From Polyangiaceae bacterium (GTDB taxonomy: Bacteria; Myxococcota_A; Polyangia; Polyangiales; Polyangiaceae): DNA of 64,000 nucleotides. The notes beneath the pieces were generated by a model. It ran no database searches and had not been told where the DNA came from. It saw only the letters and a list, made by a program, of their open reading frames with translations. Shown piece by piece: positions 10,120 through 20,024 of this stretch. The stretch spans positions 288,001 to 352,000 of the forward strand of contig JBILLK010000002.1 of NCBI GenBank assembly GCA_044376115.1, given 5' to 3'. The translations under genes were made by a program, and so were the position numbers. Position 1 is the stretch's first letter, and each line of letters opens with the position of its first letter.

Positions 10120-11337
<1,218 letters not shown>

Positions 11338-11357
11338 AGAGCTACTCGAGAGTCCCA

Positions 11358-13184
11358 ATGAAAATGCGTTCGTCGCTTCGTCACCTCCTCTCCTCGGCGC
11401 TACTCGTCGCGCTTGCCTGCGGTTCAGGAGCACCGCCGCAGGCCTTCCCCGGCTTGCCGATCGGGCCGACGTTGCCCGAGCCCGACATCTTCGCCTCGCT
11501 GCCGGACGCGCCGCCGAAGAGCGGTGAGCGAAGGTTGCCCGGCGGCAGCGCCGAAGGGAACCGCGTTGCACTGGGTACCAAGGGCGCGGTGGCATCGCAG
11601 GAGAACTTCGCGACCGACGTGGGGCTCGAGATTCTCAAGAAAGGCGGCTCATCGGTGGACGCAGCGATCGCGGTTGGCTTCGCGTTGGCCGTCACGCACC
11701 CGTCGGCGGGCAACATCGGCGGCGGCGGCTTTATGTTGATCCGCAACGTCGCAGGCGACGTTCACGCGGCCGATTTTCGCGAACGCGCTCCGAAGGCTGC
11801 CTCGCGCGACATGTACCTCGACAAGAAGGGCGAAGTGTCGAAGGACGCCACCGTTGGGCCCAAGTCGGCGGGCATTCCCGGCACGGTTGCGGGCTTTTGG
11901 CTTGCGCATCAGAAGTTCGGCAAGCTGCCGTGGGCTGAGCTCGTCGCGCCGGCGATCAAGCTCGCCAAAGAGGGCGTGCTGCTCGACAAGCTGAAGGCCG
12001 ACTCGCTCAAGAAGGCAGCCGAGGGCATGCGCAAGGAGGGCTACGAGTCGACGGCCAAACACCTCGAGAGTGCGAAGGGTGCGTTGAACGAGGGGGAGCT
12101 TTGGCTCCAACCCGATCTGGCGGTCACGCTCGAACGCATCGCGAAGGAAGGTCCACCGGGCTTCTATCGTGGGCCGGTCGCCGAGAAGCTCGTGAAGGGA
12201 GTGAAGAAGGGTGGCGGGATTTGGACGCTGCAAGACCTGTCGTCGTACGAGGCCAAGTGGCGCGCGCCGGTCGTGTTCAACTATCGCAACCACACCATCG
12301 TAACGATGCCGCCTCCCTCAGCCGGAGGCGTCGTGTTGCAGCAGATGCTCGGGATGAGCGAGGCACTCGACCTCAAGCAGTCACCGTGGCGTGGCGCGGA
12401 GGAGATTCACCTGTTCGCCGAGACGATGCGTCGCGCCCACGCCGACCGCAATCAGCTCCTTGGTGATCCCGACTTCGTCAAGATGCCGCTCGAGACGATC
12501 TTGAGCCCCGAGTACATCGCTGCTCGGGCGAAAACCATCGATCGAGCGAAGGCCACTCCGTCCTCCGCGGTCAGTGCCGGCGCGTCGTTGAAGCCGCAGT
12601 CGACCGAGACCACGCACTACTCGGTGATCGACGAGGCTGGCAACGCTGTGTCGACGACCTACACGCTCAACACTGGCTACGGGGCGAAGTACATCGTCGA
12701 TGGGACGGGAGTGCTGCTCAACAACGAGATGGATGACTTCGCCTCGGCGCCCGGCAAGCCGAACACCTTCGGGCTCGTGCAGGGTGAAGCGAACAAGATC
12801 GAGCCGGGCAAGCGGATGCTTTCGAGCATGACGCCGACCATCATCGTCAAGGATGGAGAGGTGAGGGCGGTGCTCGGCTCGCCGGGAGGCTCAACCATCT
12901 CGACCACGGTCGCGCAGCTGACCCGAGCGCTGATCGACTACGACATTCCGCTCGATCGTGCCGTCCCGGCGATCCGTGCGCACCATCAGTGGATGCCCGA
13001 CGCCATCATGCTCGATGGGGACGTCCCGGCGGACGTGAAGGCCGACTTGGAGGCCCGCGGGCACAAGCTGATGTCGCGCGGTCGCATTGGTCACGCCAAC
13101 TGCATCGAGGTGGACCCCAAGACCCGCGGGTTCCGCGCGGTCGCCGACACCACGCGCAGCGGCGGTAAGGCAGCGGCCTACTAG
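11358..13184 (+). CDS. ggt: Gamma-glutamyltransferase, lipoprotein
   Basis: LVALAC lipobox; GNIGGGGF; DFRERAP; ETTHYSV (Thr nucleophile); LNNEMDDF; PGKRMLSSMTPT; GSPGG. Confidence 0.95.
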   Translation: MKMRSSLRHLLSSALLVALACGSGAPPQAFPGLPIGPTLPEPDIFASLPDAPPKSGERRLPGGSAEGNRVALGTKGAVASQENFATDVGLEILKKGGSSVDAAIAVGFALAVTHPSAGNIGGGGFMLIRNVAGDVHAADFRERAPKAASRDMYLDKKGEVSKDATVGPKSAGIPGTVAGFWLAHQKFGKLPWAELVAPAIKLAKEGVLLDKLKADSLKKAAEGMRKEGYESTAKHLESAKGALNEGELWLQPDLAVTLERIAKEGPPGFYRGPVAEKLVKGVKKGGGIWTLQDLSSYEAKWRAPVVFNYRNHTIVTMPPPSAGGVVLQQMLGMSEALDLKQSPWRGAEEIHLFAETMRRAHADRNQLLGDPDFVKMPLETILSPEYIAARAKTIDRAKATPSSAVSAGASLKPQSTETTHYSVIDEAGNAVSTTYTLNTGYGAKYIVDGTGVLLNNEMDDFASAPGKPNTFGLVQGEANKIEPGKRMLSSMTPTIIVKDGEVRAVLGSPGGSTISTTVAQLTRALIDYDIPLDRAVPAIRAHHQWMPDAIMLDGDVPADVKADLEARGHKLMSRGRIGHANCIEVDPKTRGFRAVADTTRSGGKAAAY

Positions 13185-13543
13185 CTGCCGAGCAACTTGG
13201 TTACGACTTTGAGCAGCTCATTCGAACGAAAGGGCTTCTTGATGAAGCTCGCGCCCGTACGCAGCAATTCGTTCAGCGGCTCCGAGGACGCGCCCGACAT
13301 AAAGAGCAGTTTGGGCGCGTTCGTATAGCGCATGCGCTTGGCGAACTCCGGCCCCGACAAGGTCGGCATCCGCACATCGGTGACAACCAGGGCGTACTCA
13401 TTCGACTCCACGAGCTGCAAGGCTTCTTGGCCATTGTGCGCGAGAGTGACGTCGAAGCCTTCGGCGCTGAGCACGGTTGAGAGTAACCGCAAGAGCAGCG
13501 GTTCATCGTCGACCACCAAAATTCTACGTGCAGCTGTACTCAC
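13181..13543 (-). CDS. Single-domain response regulator (receiver)
   Basis: ILVVDDE, VTDVRMP, FMSG, KKPF. Confidence 0.92.
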   Translation of the reverse strand: MSTAARRILVVDDEPLLLRLLSTVLSAEGFDVTLAHNGQEALQLVESNEYALVVTDVRMPTLSGPEFAKRMRYTNAPKLLFMSGASSEPLNELLRTGASFIKKPFRSNELLKVVTKLLGS

Positions 13544-15249
13544 AAAACCTCCGAACGCGGCAGGCTCAAACGGAAGAGCGCGCCGCCGTGCTTCGAGCGC
13601 TCGTAGTGCAGACTTCCCTGATGTTCCTTGGCGATCCCATTCGAGATCGCGAGACCGAGTCCACTACCGGAACCAACGGGTTTTGACGATACGAAGGGCG
13701 CGAAAAACTGTTCGGGCTCATCGCCCATGCCTGGTCCAGAGTCGGCCACTTCAACGATGACTTCAGCCTCGACCGCACGCGTACTGAGCTCAATGACTCG
13801 AACAGCAGATTCGGCACGCTCGAGGGCTTCGCGCGCGTTGTTGACCAGGTTTTGCACCACGGTTTCGATCTGGACCTGATCGCAATCGACGGTCGGGAGA
13901 TCGAGATCGAGGTGCAACTGCAGCGCAATGTCGGCTTTGCGCAGGTCGGGCTCGAGCAGCCGGAGGCTGCGATTGACGATGCGGTTGAGGTCCTCGGGCT
14001 TTCGCTGTGGACCTCGCCGCTGCTCCAAGGAGAAGTCGCGCACGCGGTCAACGACGCGCCGCATACGCTCGGCCTGGGAGAGGATGGCCTCCAGCGCCTG
14101 CTGCGTCTCCGCGTCGTAAGCGGTGCTGGGCTTCGAGGCGAGCAGGTCGGCGTAGCCCAAGACGACCGCGAGCGGGTTGTTGAGTTCATGCGCGACCACG
14201 GCGCCCATCACGCCGAGCGACGCGAGCTTGCCCGCCTGTGCGACCTCCGCCTGCAGCTTGGCGCGCTCTTGTTCGGCGTGCCCGTGAGCGATCACAAGCC
14301 TTGCTAGGGCTCCAAACTCAGTGCGGGTACGGCCTACCGCGAGCAGGTCCGGGTGTTCGTTGCAGCGAATGCCCTCGGTGATCGTACCCAGGGGTCGCAG
14401 GATCAAGCGGCTCAGGGAGAAGCCAAGGGTCGCGAGCAACAACCCAACGAACAACGCGAAGATGAGCCCCGTCCGTTCGTGGTGTTGCTTGAACTGCTCA
14501 TTGATCGGGTTGTTGACCACGGCGCACAGCCAGCCAACCGAGGACTGGTCAGTCGACTTGATGGCGAAGCCTGCGACGGTATCGCTGGCCGCTCCGTGGT
14601 GGTCGCAGGAGCCAGCCGCGCTCTCGACTCGCAGCCTTCCGCCGACGACGGGGGCAAACTGGTCAACGTAGTCCTGCGACCAAACCTTCATGATCAGAAG
14701 GAAGCCGCGCGCCGGAGCGCTGCGATTGACGTCCTCCTCGCGCTGAATCTTCGCCCCGCGGAACTCGAGGAGGCTGCCCTCATCGTTGAGCGCGAAGGCT
14801 TGAAAGAAGGACCCCGAACGAAATAGGCCAGCGACGTCGGGGACCTTCTCTTGGGTCAAAAGCACGGCGAGCGAAGACTGCGCTCCAAGCGAATAGGCTT
14901 GCTTGCTCTGAGCGTCGAATACCCACAAGCCTTCAAACTTGAAGTTGTTGAGCGAGCCCTCAAGGTTAACTTTGGCCCATTCAGCGTTTGGCTGCGCTGC
15001 GAAATCGGCCATTTCTCCCCAATGGGAGTAATCCGCGGCGAAGTTCTCGTAGACCACACCACGGAGCCGAACGGTCTCCGCCACAGTGTGACTCAGCGAG
15101 GCCTCCTGCGAGCGCCCTAGAGCCGCGAGATTAAGGTCATCCTGAAGCGCTACGCCCACAAACAGGGCCGCCACCAGGGCACATACCGAAATCGGAATCA
15201 GGAGGAGACGGACGACCAGGCCATCTGTGCACGCTCGCCGCAGCTCCAC
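13540..15249 (-). CDS. Sensor histidine kinase with periplasmic CHASE4-like domain
   Basis: Two TM helices; DYSHWGEM..F; HELNNPL H-box; NLVNNA, DSGPG, GSGLGL. Confidence 0.9.
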   Translation of the reverse strand: MELRRACTDGLVVRLLLIPISVCALVAALFVGVALQDDLNLAALGRSQEASLSHTVAETVRLRGVVYENFAADYSHWGEMADFAAQPNAEWAKVNLEGSLNNFKFEGLWVFDAQSKQAYSLGAQSSLAVLLTQEKVPDVAGLFRSGSFFQAFALNDEGSLLEFRGAKIQREEDVNRSAPARGFLLIMKVWSQDYVDQFAPVVGGRLRVESAAGSCDHHGAASDTVAGFAIKSTDQSSVGWLCAVVNNPINEQFKQHHERTGLIFALFVGLLLATLGFSLSRLILRPLGTITEGIRCNEHPDLLAVGRTRTEFGALARLVIAHGHAEQERAKLQAEVAQAGKLASLGVMGAVVAHELNNPLAVVLGYADLLASKPSTAYDAETQQALEAILSQAERMRRVVDRVRDFSLEQRRGPQRKPEDLNRIVNRSLRLLEPDLRKADIALQLHLDLDLPTVDCDQVQIETVVQNLVNNAREALERAESAVRVIELSTRAVEAEVIVEVADSGPGMGDEPEQFFAPFVSSKPVGSGSGLGLAISNGIAKEHQGSLHYERSKHGGALFRLSLPRSEVL

Positions 15250-15308
15250 CTAACCCACAACGGAACGTTGAGGCCAAGGCTTTAGCTCTGGCCTCCGAGT
15301 GAGGCGCG

Positions 15309-16697
15309 CTATTGGATCGGGTTGATGTTGACGATGCCGTCGATCGCCGGACCGTTGTAGAAGTCCTGCACTCGCCGCATATCGCCCTTCGCCACAGCGA
15401 AGGCCACCGCAGCCCCGGCCGCTGCCGAAACCGACTGCGACGAGCCATTAGCGACGGTCTCACCGGTGGTCGGATCGAAGACGTCGGTGGCACCGTTAGC
15501 GCGGACGCCGCCGTGCCAGCCGGTCTTGAGGAAGCCGTTGCCCATCGCGTAGATCCAGTTGGAGTCGTTGGGCGTGCCGTCGGGCCAGCCGCTCTTCACC
15601 CGCGGATCTTTGGGCGTATCACCGTGGATCGTCATCACCACGTTGTCTCCCAACGAGCGCGCCGAGCACGACGGGTCTTCGGCTGCGGTCAGGTCGCCCA
15701 TGAACGCATCCAGGATACCGCCAAGCGTTTGCGTGGTGTCGCGAAGGCTCGCCATATCTCCGAAGGCGCCGTGCGGATCATCGCGAAGCGCAGGCACGAT
15801 CACCGACTGCGTGAGGTTCAAGCGGAAGGCCTTCACCGCGACGATGCAGGCTCGCGCAAGCGACGAGAGCTTGTTTGGGGTCCCGCCGTTGATGCCGTAG
15901 CGAACGAGGTCCTCGTCCTGGACCATCAGCTGGGCTGCGAGGTTCTGACCGAGGAAGCTCGCAGCCTGCTTGCCGATCTTCTGGCCGCGCAGCTGCGTCG
16001 GTCGAGCGGCGGCCTTGTTGAGACCGAGCAGCGCCTTGTAGTAAGCCTCGTAAAGCGCTGCATCTTGCGGCACCTCGAGGATGGCTCGCGAAGCGGCGCT
16101 GTTGAAGAGCTGCACCATGCCGTCGGCGTCGGCCACGTTGGTCGCCGCGGGAGCGCCAGGCGCGTTGCCGAAGGCGACCGGGTTGATCGCGATCACCGGC
16201 AAGAGCGAGGGCGTCGTGCGCTGGATCGAGGCGCATACGGCGAGCATGCTTTGATTGTTGCCGACGCTGGCAGCTGCCGTGGGCGTGGGCGTGTGCGTCT
16301 CGTTGTTGCCGGCCATGAAGGCGGTGATGCGCTTCGACTTGTCGTACTCACGCCATGGCGCCTCGGGCCCGAGCGTTAGCGGCTTGTCGGTGTCGCCTGC
16401 CATCATCGTCTGTCCGAACGCGTGGAAAGCGAAGTCGTCGTTGTTGGCGGAGGCGATCTCGTTGTGCGGCCAGAGCAGCTGGAACCACGCGAAACCACCG
16501 TCGCCCGCGACGATGTGGAAGGACTTGTTGGTGGCGGCGCAAGCGGCTTCATCAGCCATCGCCGAGCCGGCCGTGTCGTTGACCACGTTCAGGATGTTGG
16601 AGCGGTCAACGGCGACAGCGGCGCCGAAGGCGGTCGCAAAGCGCAGAAACCGCCGACGGGAGGAACCTTCGAGATGCTTCAGTAGGTCGTTTGCCAT
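15309..16697 (-). CDS. Tat-exported hypothetical protein (DUF1501/DUF1552-like)
   Basis: SSRRRFLR twin-arginine motif; RBS-like aaagggag upstream of ATG 16697; DPHG and IHGDTPK motifs. Confidence 0.65.
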   Translation of the reverse strand: MANDLLKHLEGSSRRRFLRFATAFGAAVAVDRSNILNVVNDTAGSAMADEAACAATNKSFHIVAGDGGFAWFQLLWPHNEIASANNDDFAFHAFGQTMMAGDTDKPLTLGPEAPWREYDKSKRITAFMAGNNETHTPTPTAAASVGNNQSMLAVCASIQRTTPSLLPVIAINPVAFGNAPGAPAATNVADADGMVQLFNSAASRAILEVPQDAALYEAYYKALLGLNKAAARPTQLRGQKIGKQAASFLGQNLAAQLMVQDEDLVRYGINGGTPNKLSSLARACIVAVKAFRLNLTQSVIVPALRDDPHGAFGDMASLRDTTQTLGGILDAFMGDLTAAEDPSCSARSLGDNVVMTIHGDTPKDPRVKSGWPDGTPNDSNWIYAMGNGFLKTGWHGGVRANGATDVFDPTTGETVANGSSQSVSAAAGAAVAFAVAKGDMRRVQDFYNGPAIDGIVNINPIQ

Positions 16698-16714
16698 GGT
16701 CGTTCTCCCTTTGA

Positions 16715-17461
16715 TCACTCGCAAGTGTGAGCGGCGCTGAGGAGCGCAGCGACGGCGATGTTGCGGCCCTTTTCGACGTCGCTCGCGTTGTCGATCAGGT
16801 CCTTGCAAATCGCGAGGTGGTCCGCCGTGGCGGGCCGGCCAATGAGACAGCTGACCGCGTCTTCGTTGCAGGTTCCGTCTTCGTTGAAGACCGGAGATCC
16901 AACCCCGTCGATCTGGCACTGCGGCAAGTTCGGCATGGCCGCGATGATCTCGGGCGCTGCTTGAACGAAGATGTCGAACGTTTTGGCGGCGCCAGCCGCG
17001 GTCCACACGATGTCTTCACCCATGCGAGCCGCGTAGTTGGACTGACCGAGCGCCGTTCCGCCGCCAGCCAAAAGTTGGCCAGCCGTCGGCGGGTTGCCGG
17101 TCGCGTCGAGGTTGACGCCGAAGTCGGTGAGCAGGTTGCGCAGCGTCGTGATTTGCAGCTTCTGGCACGAGTGCAAACGAGCGCGGGTCTCGGGTGTACC
17201 CTCGGCCTCGCGGCGCTCGGCGATCACGAACGGATCTTCATCGACACCGTCGACCCCGAGCCCCGCTTGGTGATCGAAGGTGCCTTTCTCGCCGCCGACC
17301 ACGCCGCCCGGCGTGCGGCCCGGCTTGGTGTGCGTGTCGCCGATTGGCTCATTCGGCTTCTTGGTGTGGTTGTCGATCAGGTTGAGCTGGGTGGGCTGCT
17401 CGGCGCAGGCGACCAGAGCGAACAACGGCAGGGTTAGGAGGGCGTGCTTGAAGTTTTTCAT
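16715..17461 (-). CDS. Hypothetical lipoprotein
   Basis: FALVAC lipobox; Cys-containing C-terminal helical domain; tightly spaced within the operon. Confidence 0.7.
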   Translation of the reverse strand: MKNFKHALLTLPLFALVACAEQPTQLNLIDNHTKKPNEPIGDTHTKPGRTPGGVVGGEKGTFDHQAGLGVDGVDEDPFVIAERREAEGTPETRARLHSCQKLQITTLRNLLTDFGVNLDATGNPPTAGQLLAGGGTALGQSNYAARMGEDIVWTAAGAAKTFDIFVQAAPEIIAAMPNLPQCQIDGVGSPVFNEDGTCNEDAVSCLIGRPATADHLAICKDLIDNASDVEKGRNIAVAALLSAAHTCE

Positions 17462-17471
17462 GGGGCGCTCC

Positions 17472-18662
17472 TTAGAAACTCACGAAGTCTTCGCTGAGGA
17501 AGATGCCGCGCAGGGTGGCCTTGAGGTCACGGGATTGATCGAACTTCTCGATGTGTGGCTCCGCGACCTTGAAGGGCACGGTTGCCAAGTCGGTCACGAT
17601 GTCCTCCTTCGACAAGGCGAAGTTCCACGCGCGAGCGACGAGGCACTCACTGACCAGCGGGTCTTCGGCGAGCACTACGCCGAGATCGGCCATGGTGGTG
17701 ATTTCTTGGGAGCCCTCACGCCAGTGCAGCGTCTCTCCGGGTTGCAACCAATGCGCGAGCTCGGAAGGAATCGGCTCGGGGGCGATCGGCGTGTTCACCC
17801 CGAAGCCGTCGGTCCACATGCCCTCTTCGTCGAAGTGGGCGAACAGCGGCGCGATGTGGTTCAGCGTGCCGTGGCAGTTGGCGCAAAGTACCGATTCGCT
17901 GTCTTGGAAGTCGATCGGCGCGGTCGCGATGCTCTCGAAGGCCCACGGCGAGATGTAGTCTTTGCCGTTGATCTGCGTTGCTTCGCTGGCGATCTCGGCG
18001 GGGAACTTGGTGCAGTAGAACGTCTCCTGAACCCAGCGCGCGCGGCGGAAAGCCATGTTGCCGTAGAACTGCTTCATCACCTCGGGGTTGGTGAGGATGC
18101 CTGATTGTACCGGCGCACCGCTCTGGCAGTCGCCGTCGGTAAAGGTGCCGGTACCAGCGTCGAAGGTCGGGCAGTTGCCCGTTGCCGCGGTGAAGAGCTC
18201 GGTGAAGTCGCGGCCTTCGGCCATGAGCTTCGCAGCAAAGGCCGGCGCAGAGTCGCGACCGTCGCCGCCCATGCGCATGGTGTCGCGCCAGAACTTGAAG
18301 CTGCGGCTGGTGAACTCGGGCGAGGCCAGCATCAGATCCAGTTCGGCCTCGTAGGCGGCAGCGCGGTCTTCCGCACGCTCGACCCGACGAATCTGATCGA
18401 GCGTCGGGAGGCGGCGCACGAGCTTGATCGATGCCTTGCGTAGGGCTTCATTGTAGTCGACGACGCGGGCTTCGAGCGCCGGGTCTGTCTGCGGTCCTGC
18501 GTCTCCGCCGCCGTTGTTCTCTTCACCGCCGAGGCCGGTGCCGGAGGAGCCGCCGTTCTCTGATCCGTCGTCACCAACGTTGAGGATGGGGCCGGGATCT
18601 TGGCATGCGGCAAGGCAAAGGCCCGCCGTCAGCCCGAGGGCTACGCGAGTGACTCTGGGCAT
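17472..18662 (-). CDS. Lipoprotein with one c-type heme motif (DUF1549/DUF1588-like)
   Basis: CLAAC lipobox; Gly linker; CANCH followed by NHIAPLFAHFD..G. Confidence 0.7.
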   Translation of the reverse strand: MPRVTRVALGLTAGLCLAACQDPGPILNVGDDGSENGGSSGTGLGGEENNGGGDAGPQTDPALEARVVDYNEALRKASIKLVRRLPTLDQIRRVERAEDRAAAYEAELDLMLASPEFTSRSFKFWRDTMRMGGDGRDSAPAFAAKLMAEGRDFTELFTAATGNCPTFDAGTGTFTDGDCQSGAPVQSGILTNPEVMKQFYGNMAFRRARWVQETFYCTKFPAEIASEATQINGKDYISPWAFESIATAPIDFQDSESVLCANCHGTLNHIAPLFAHFDEEGMWTDGFGVNTPIAPEPIPSELAHWLQPGETLHWREGSQEITTMADLGVVLAEDPLVSECLVARAWNFALSKEDIVTDLATVPFKVAEPHIEKFDQSRDLKATLRGIFLSEDFVSF

Positions 18663-18682
18663 GGTTCGTTCGCCTTTCTCAA

Positions 18683-19867
18683 TCATGGTTCACTCTCAAT
18701 CCACAGGGTGACGTTGTCGCGGAAGCCTTGGAAGGCGCCAGCATTGCCACCAAACTTGAAGGGGTGACTGGCGTTGCCGCCTGGGTCGGTCGTGATGAAA
18801 AGTTGGCTCGCCTGCGGGTTGTCAAAGTTCACGCGGTTCTTCACTTGAGCGCAGGTCGCACCCGAGTTGTTGTCGAGATCCGAGAGGTCGAGGGCTGCCG
18901 TGGCCTGACCGTTGTTGCCGCCGTGGCAGTTGACGCACGAGTTGGTGAGGGCTGGTTTGGCGTTCGCGTCGAAGGAAGCCACGTCACCGCAGCCGCCCTC
19001 CACCGTGCCACCGCCGCCACCGTTTCCGCCCATTCCCGCGCTCGACACGTACGGCTCAGCGAGTTCGAACCCGAGCCCGAGCTTGGCCTCGGCTTTCCAG
19101 TTGGTGAGGATCAGCGTCCCCACGCCCAAGGGGCCAACGGTGCCCTCGTCGAAGCGAGCATCGAGACCGGAGAAGCTGTCCGCGGGATCGGCCGTAGGGT
19201 CCTCACCCTTGGGGTACACAGCGAACACCGGGTGAACGACGTGCAAGCCGGTGGTCGCCGTGGTGTAGACCTCGAGACCGTCGAGCTTGAGGCTCGTCTC
19301 GGTCAACTTGGAGGCGGTGAACGCGATGGCCACGCCCTCGAGGTCTTTGTCGAGCGGCGCGAGATAGACGACGTTGAGGCCGAGGATCGGTGTGAAGGCG
19401 GGGAGGGTGGGGGTGCCTTCTTCAACCGGCGCGACGATCGCCGTCGACTCCGCGGTGAGCCACTCTTCAACCTTGGCCATTAACGAAGGATCGCCATCGA
19501 TGTTGGTCCCGGTGTGACCTTTCCCCGCGACGGAGTAGGTGAGAAACAGGCTCTGTTGCGGGTCTGCGGTGACGATGCCGGGCCACGAGAGCACGCTGGC
19601 GTAGCGGTCGGGCAAGGCGAGGAAGGGAGCATCACCGAGCCCGTTCGGCTCGTGGCAGGAGGCGCATGCGGCAGTGAGGTCAGGCTCGAGCGCTTCGAAC
19701 AACAACTTGCCGTTGTCGACGAAGGCGCCGCCTTCTCCACCGTTACCGCCAGCTCCGCCGCCGCCAGTGGTCTGGAGCACAAAGGGCTCGTCCTTGGAGC
19801 AGGAGGCGACGGCGGCCGCCATGCTCGTCAGCAACAGGCCTAGTCGGAATAAGTTAGAGGCACGCAT
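18683..19867 (-). CDS. Diheme c-type cytochrome lipoprotein
   Basis: AVASC lipobox; CASCH and CVNCH; distal His candidates GHTG and SHPF. Confidence 0.78.
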   Translation of the reverse strand: MRASNLFRLGLLLTSMAAAVASCSKDEPFVLQTTGGGGAGGNGGEGGAFVDNGKLLFEALEPDLTAACASCHEPNGLGDAPFLALPDRYASVLSWPGIVTADPQQSLFLTYSVAGKGHTGTNIDGDPSLMAKVEEWLTAESTAIVAPVEEGTPTLPAFTPILGLNVVYLAPLDKDLEGVAIAFTASKLTETSLKLDGLEVYTTATTGLHVVHPVFAVYPKGEDPTADPADSFSGLDARFDEGTVGPLGVGTLILTNWKAEAKLGLGFELAEPYVSSAGMGGNGGGGGTVEGGCGDVASFDANAKPALTNSCVNCHGGNNGQATAALDLSDLDNNSGATCAQVKNRVNFDNPQASQLFITTDPGGNASHPFKFGGNAGAFQGFRDNVTLWIESEP

Positions 19868-20024
19868 GAACTCCCAAGTAGAGCACTTGCCGTGCCAGCG
19901 CGGACCAAGCAAATCAGTCGAAGATCTGAAAGGGCGCACACTGTAGTTGAAGGAGCTGTGGATCCATGTTGTCCCAGGGCTTCGGTCCACCCCTTCGCTG
20001 GACTACATGGTGCGCAACCAAGGT

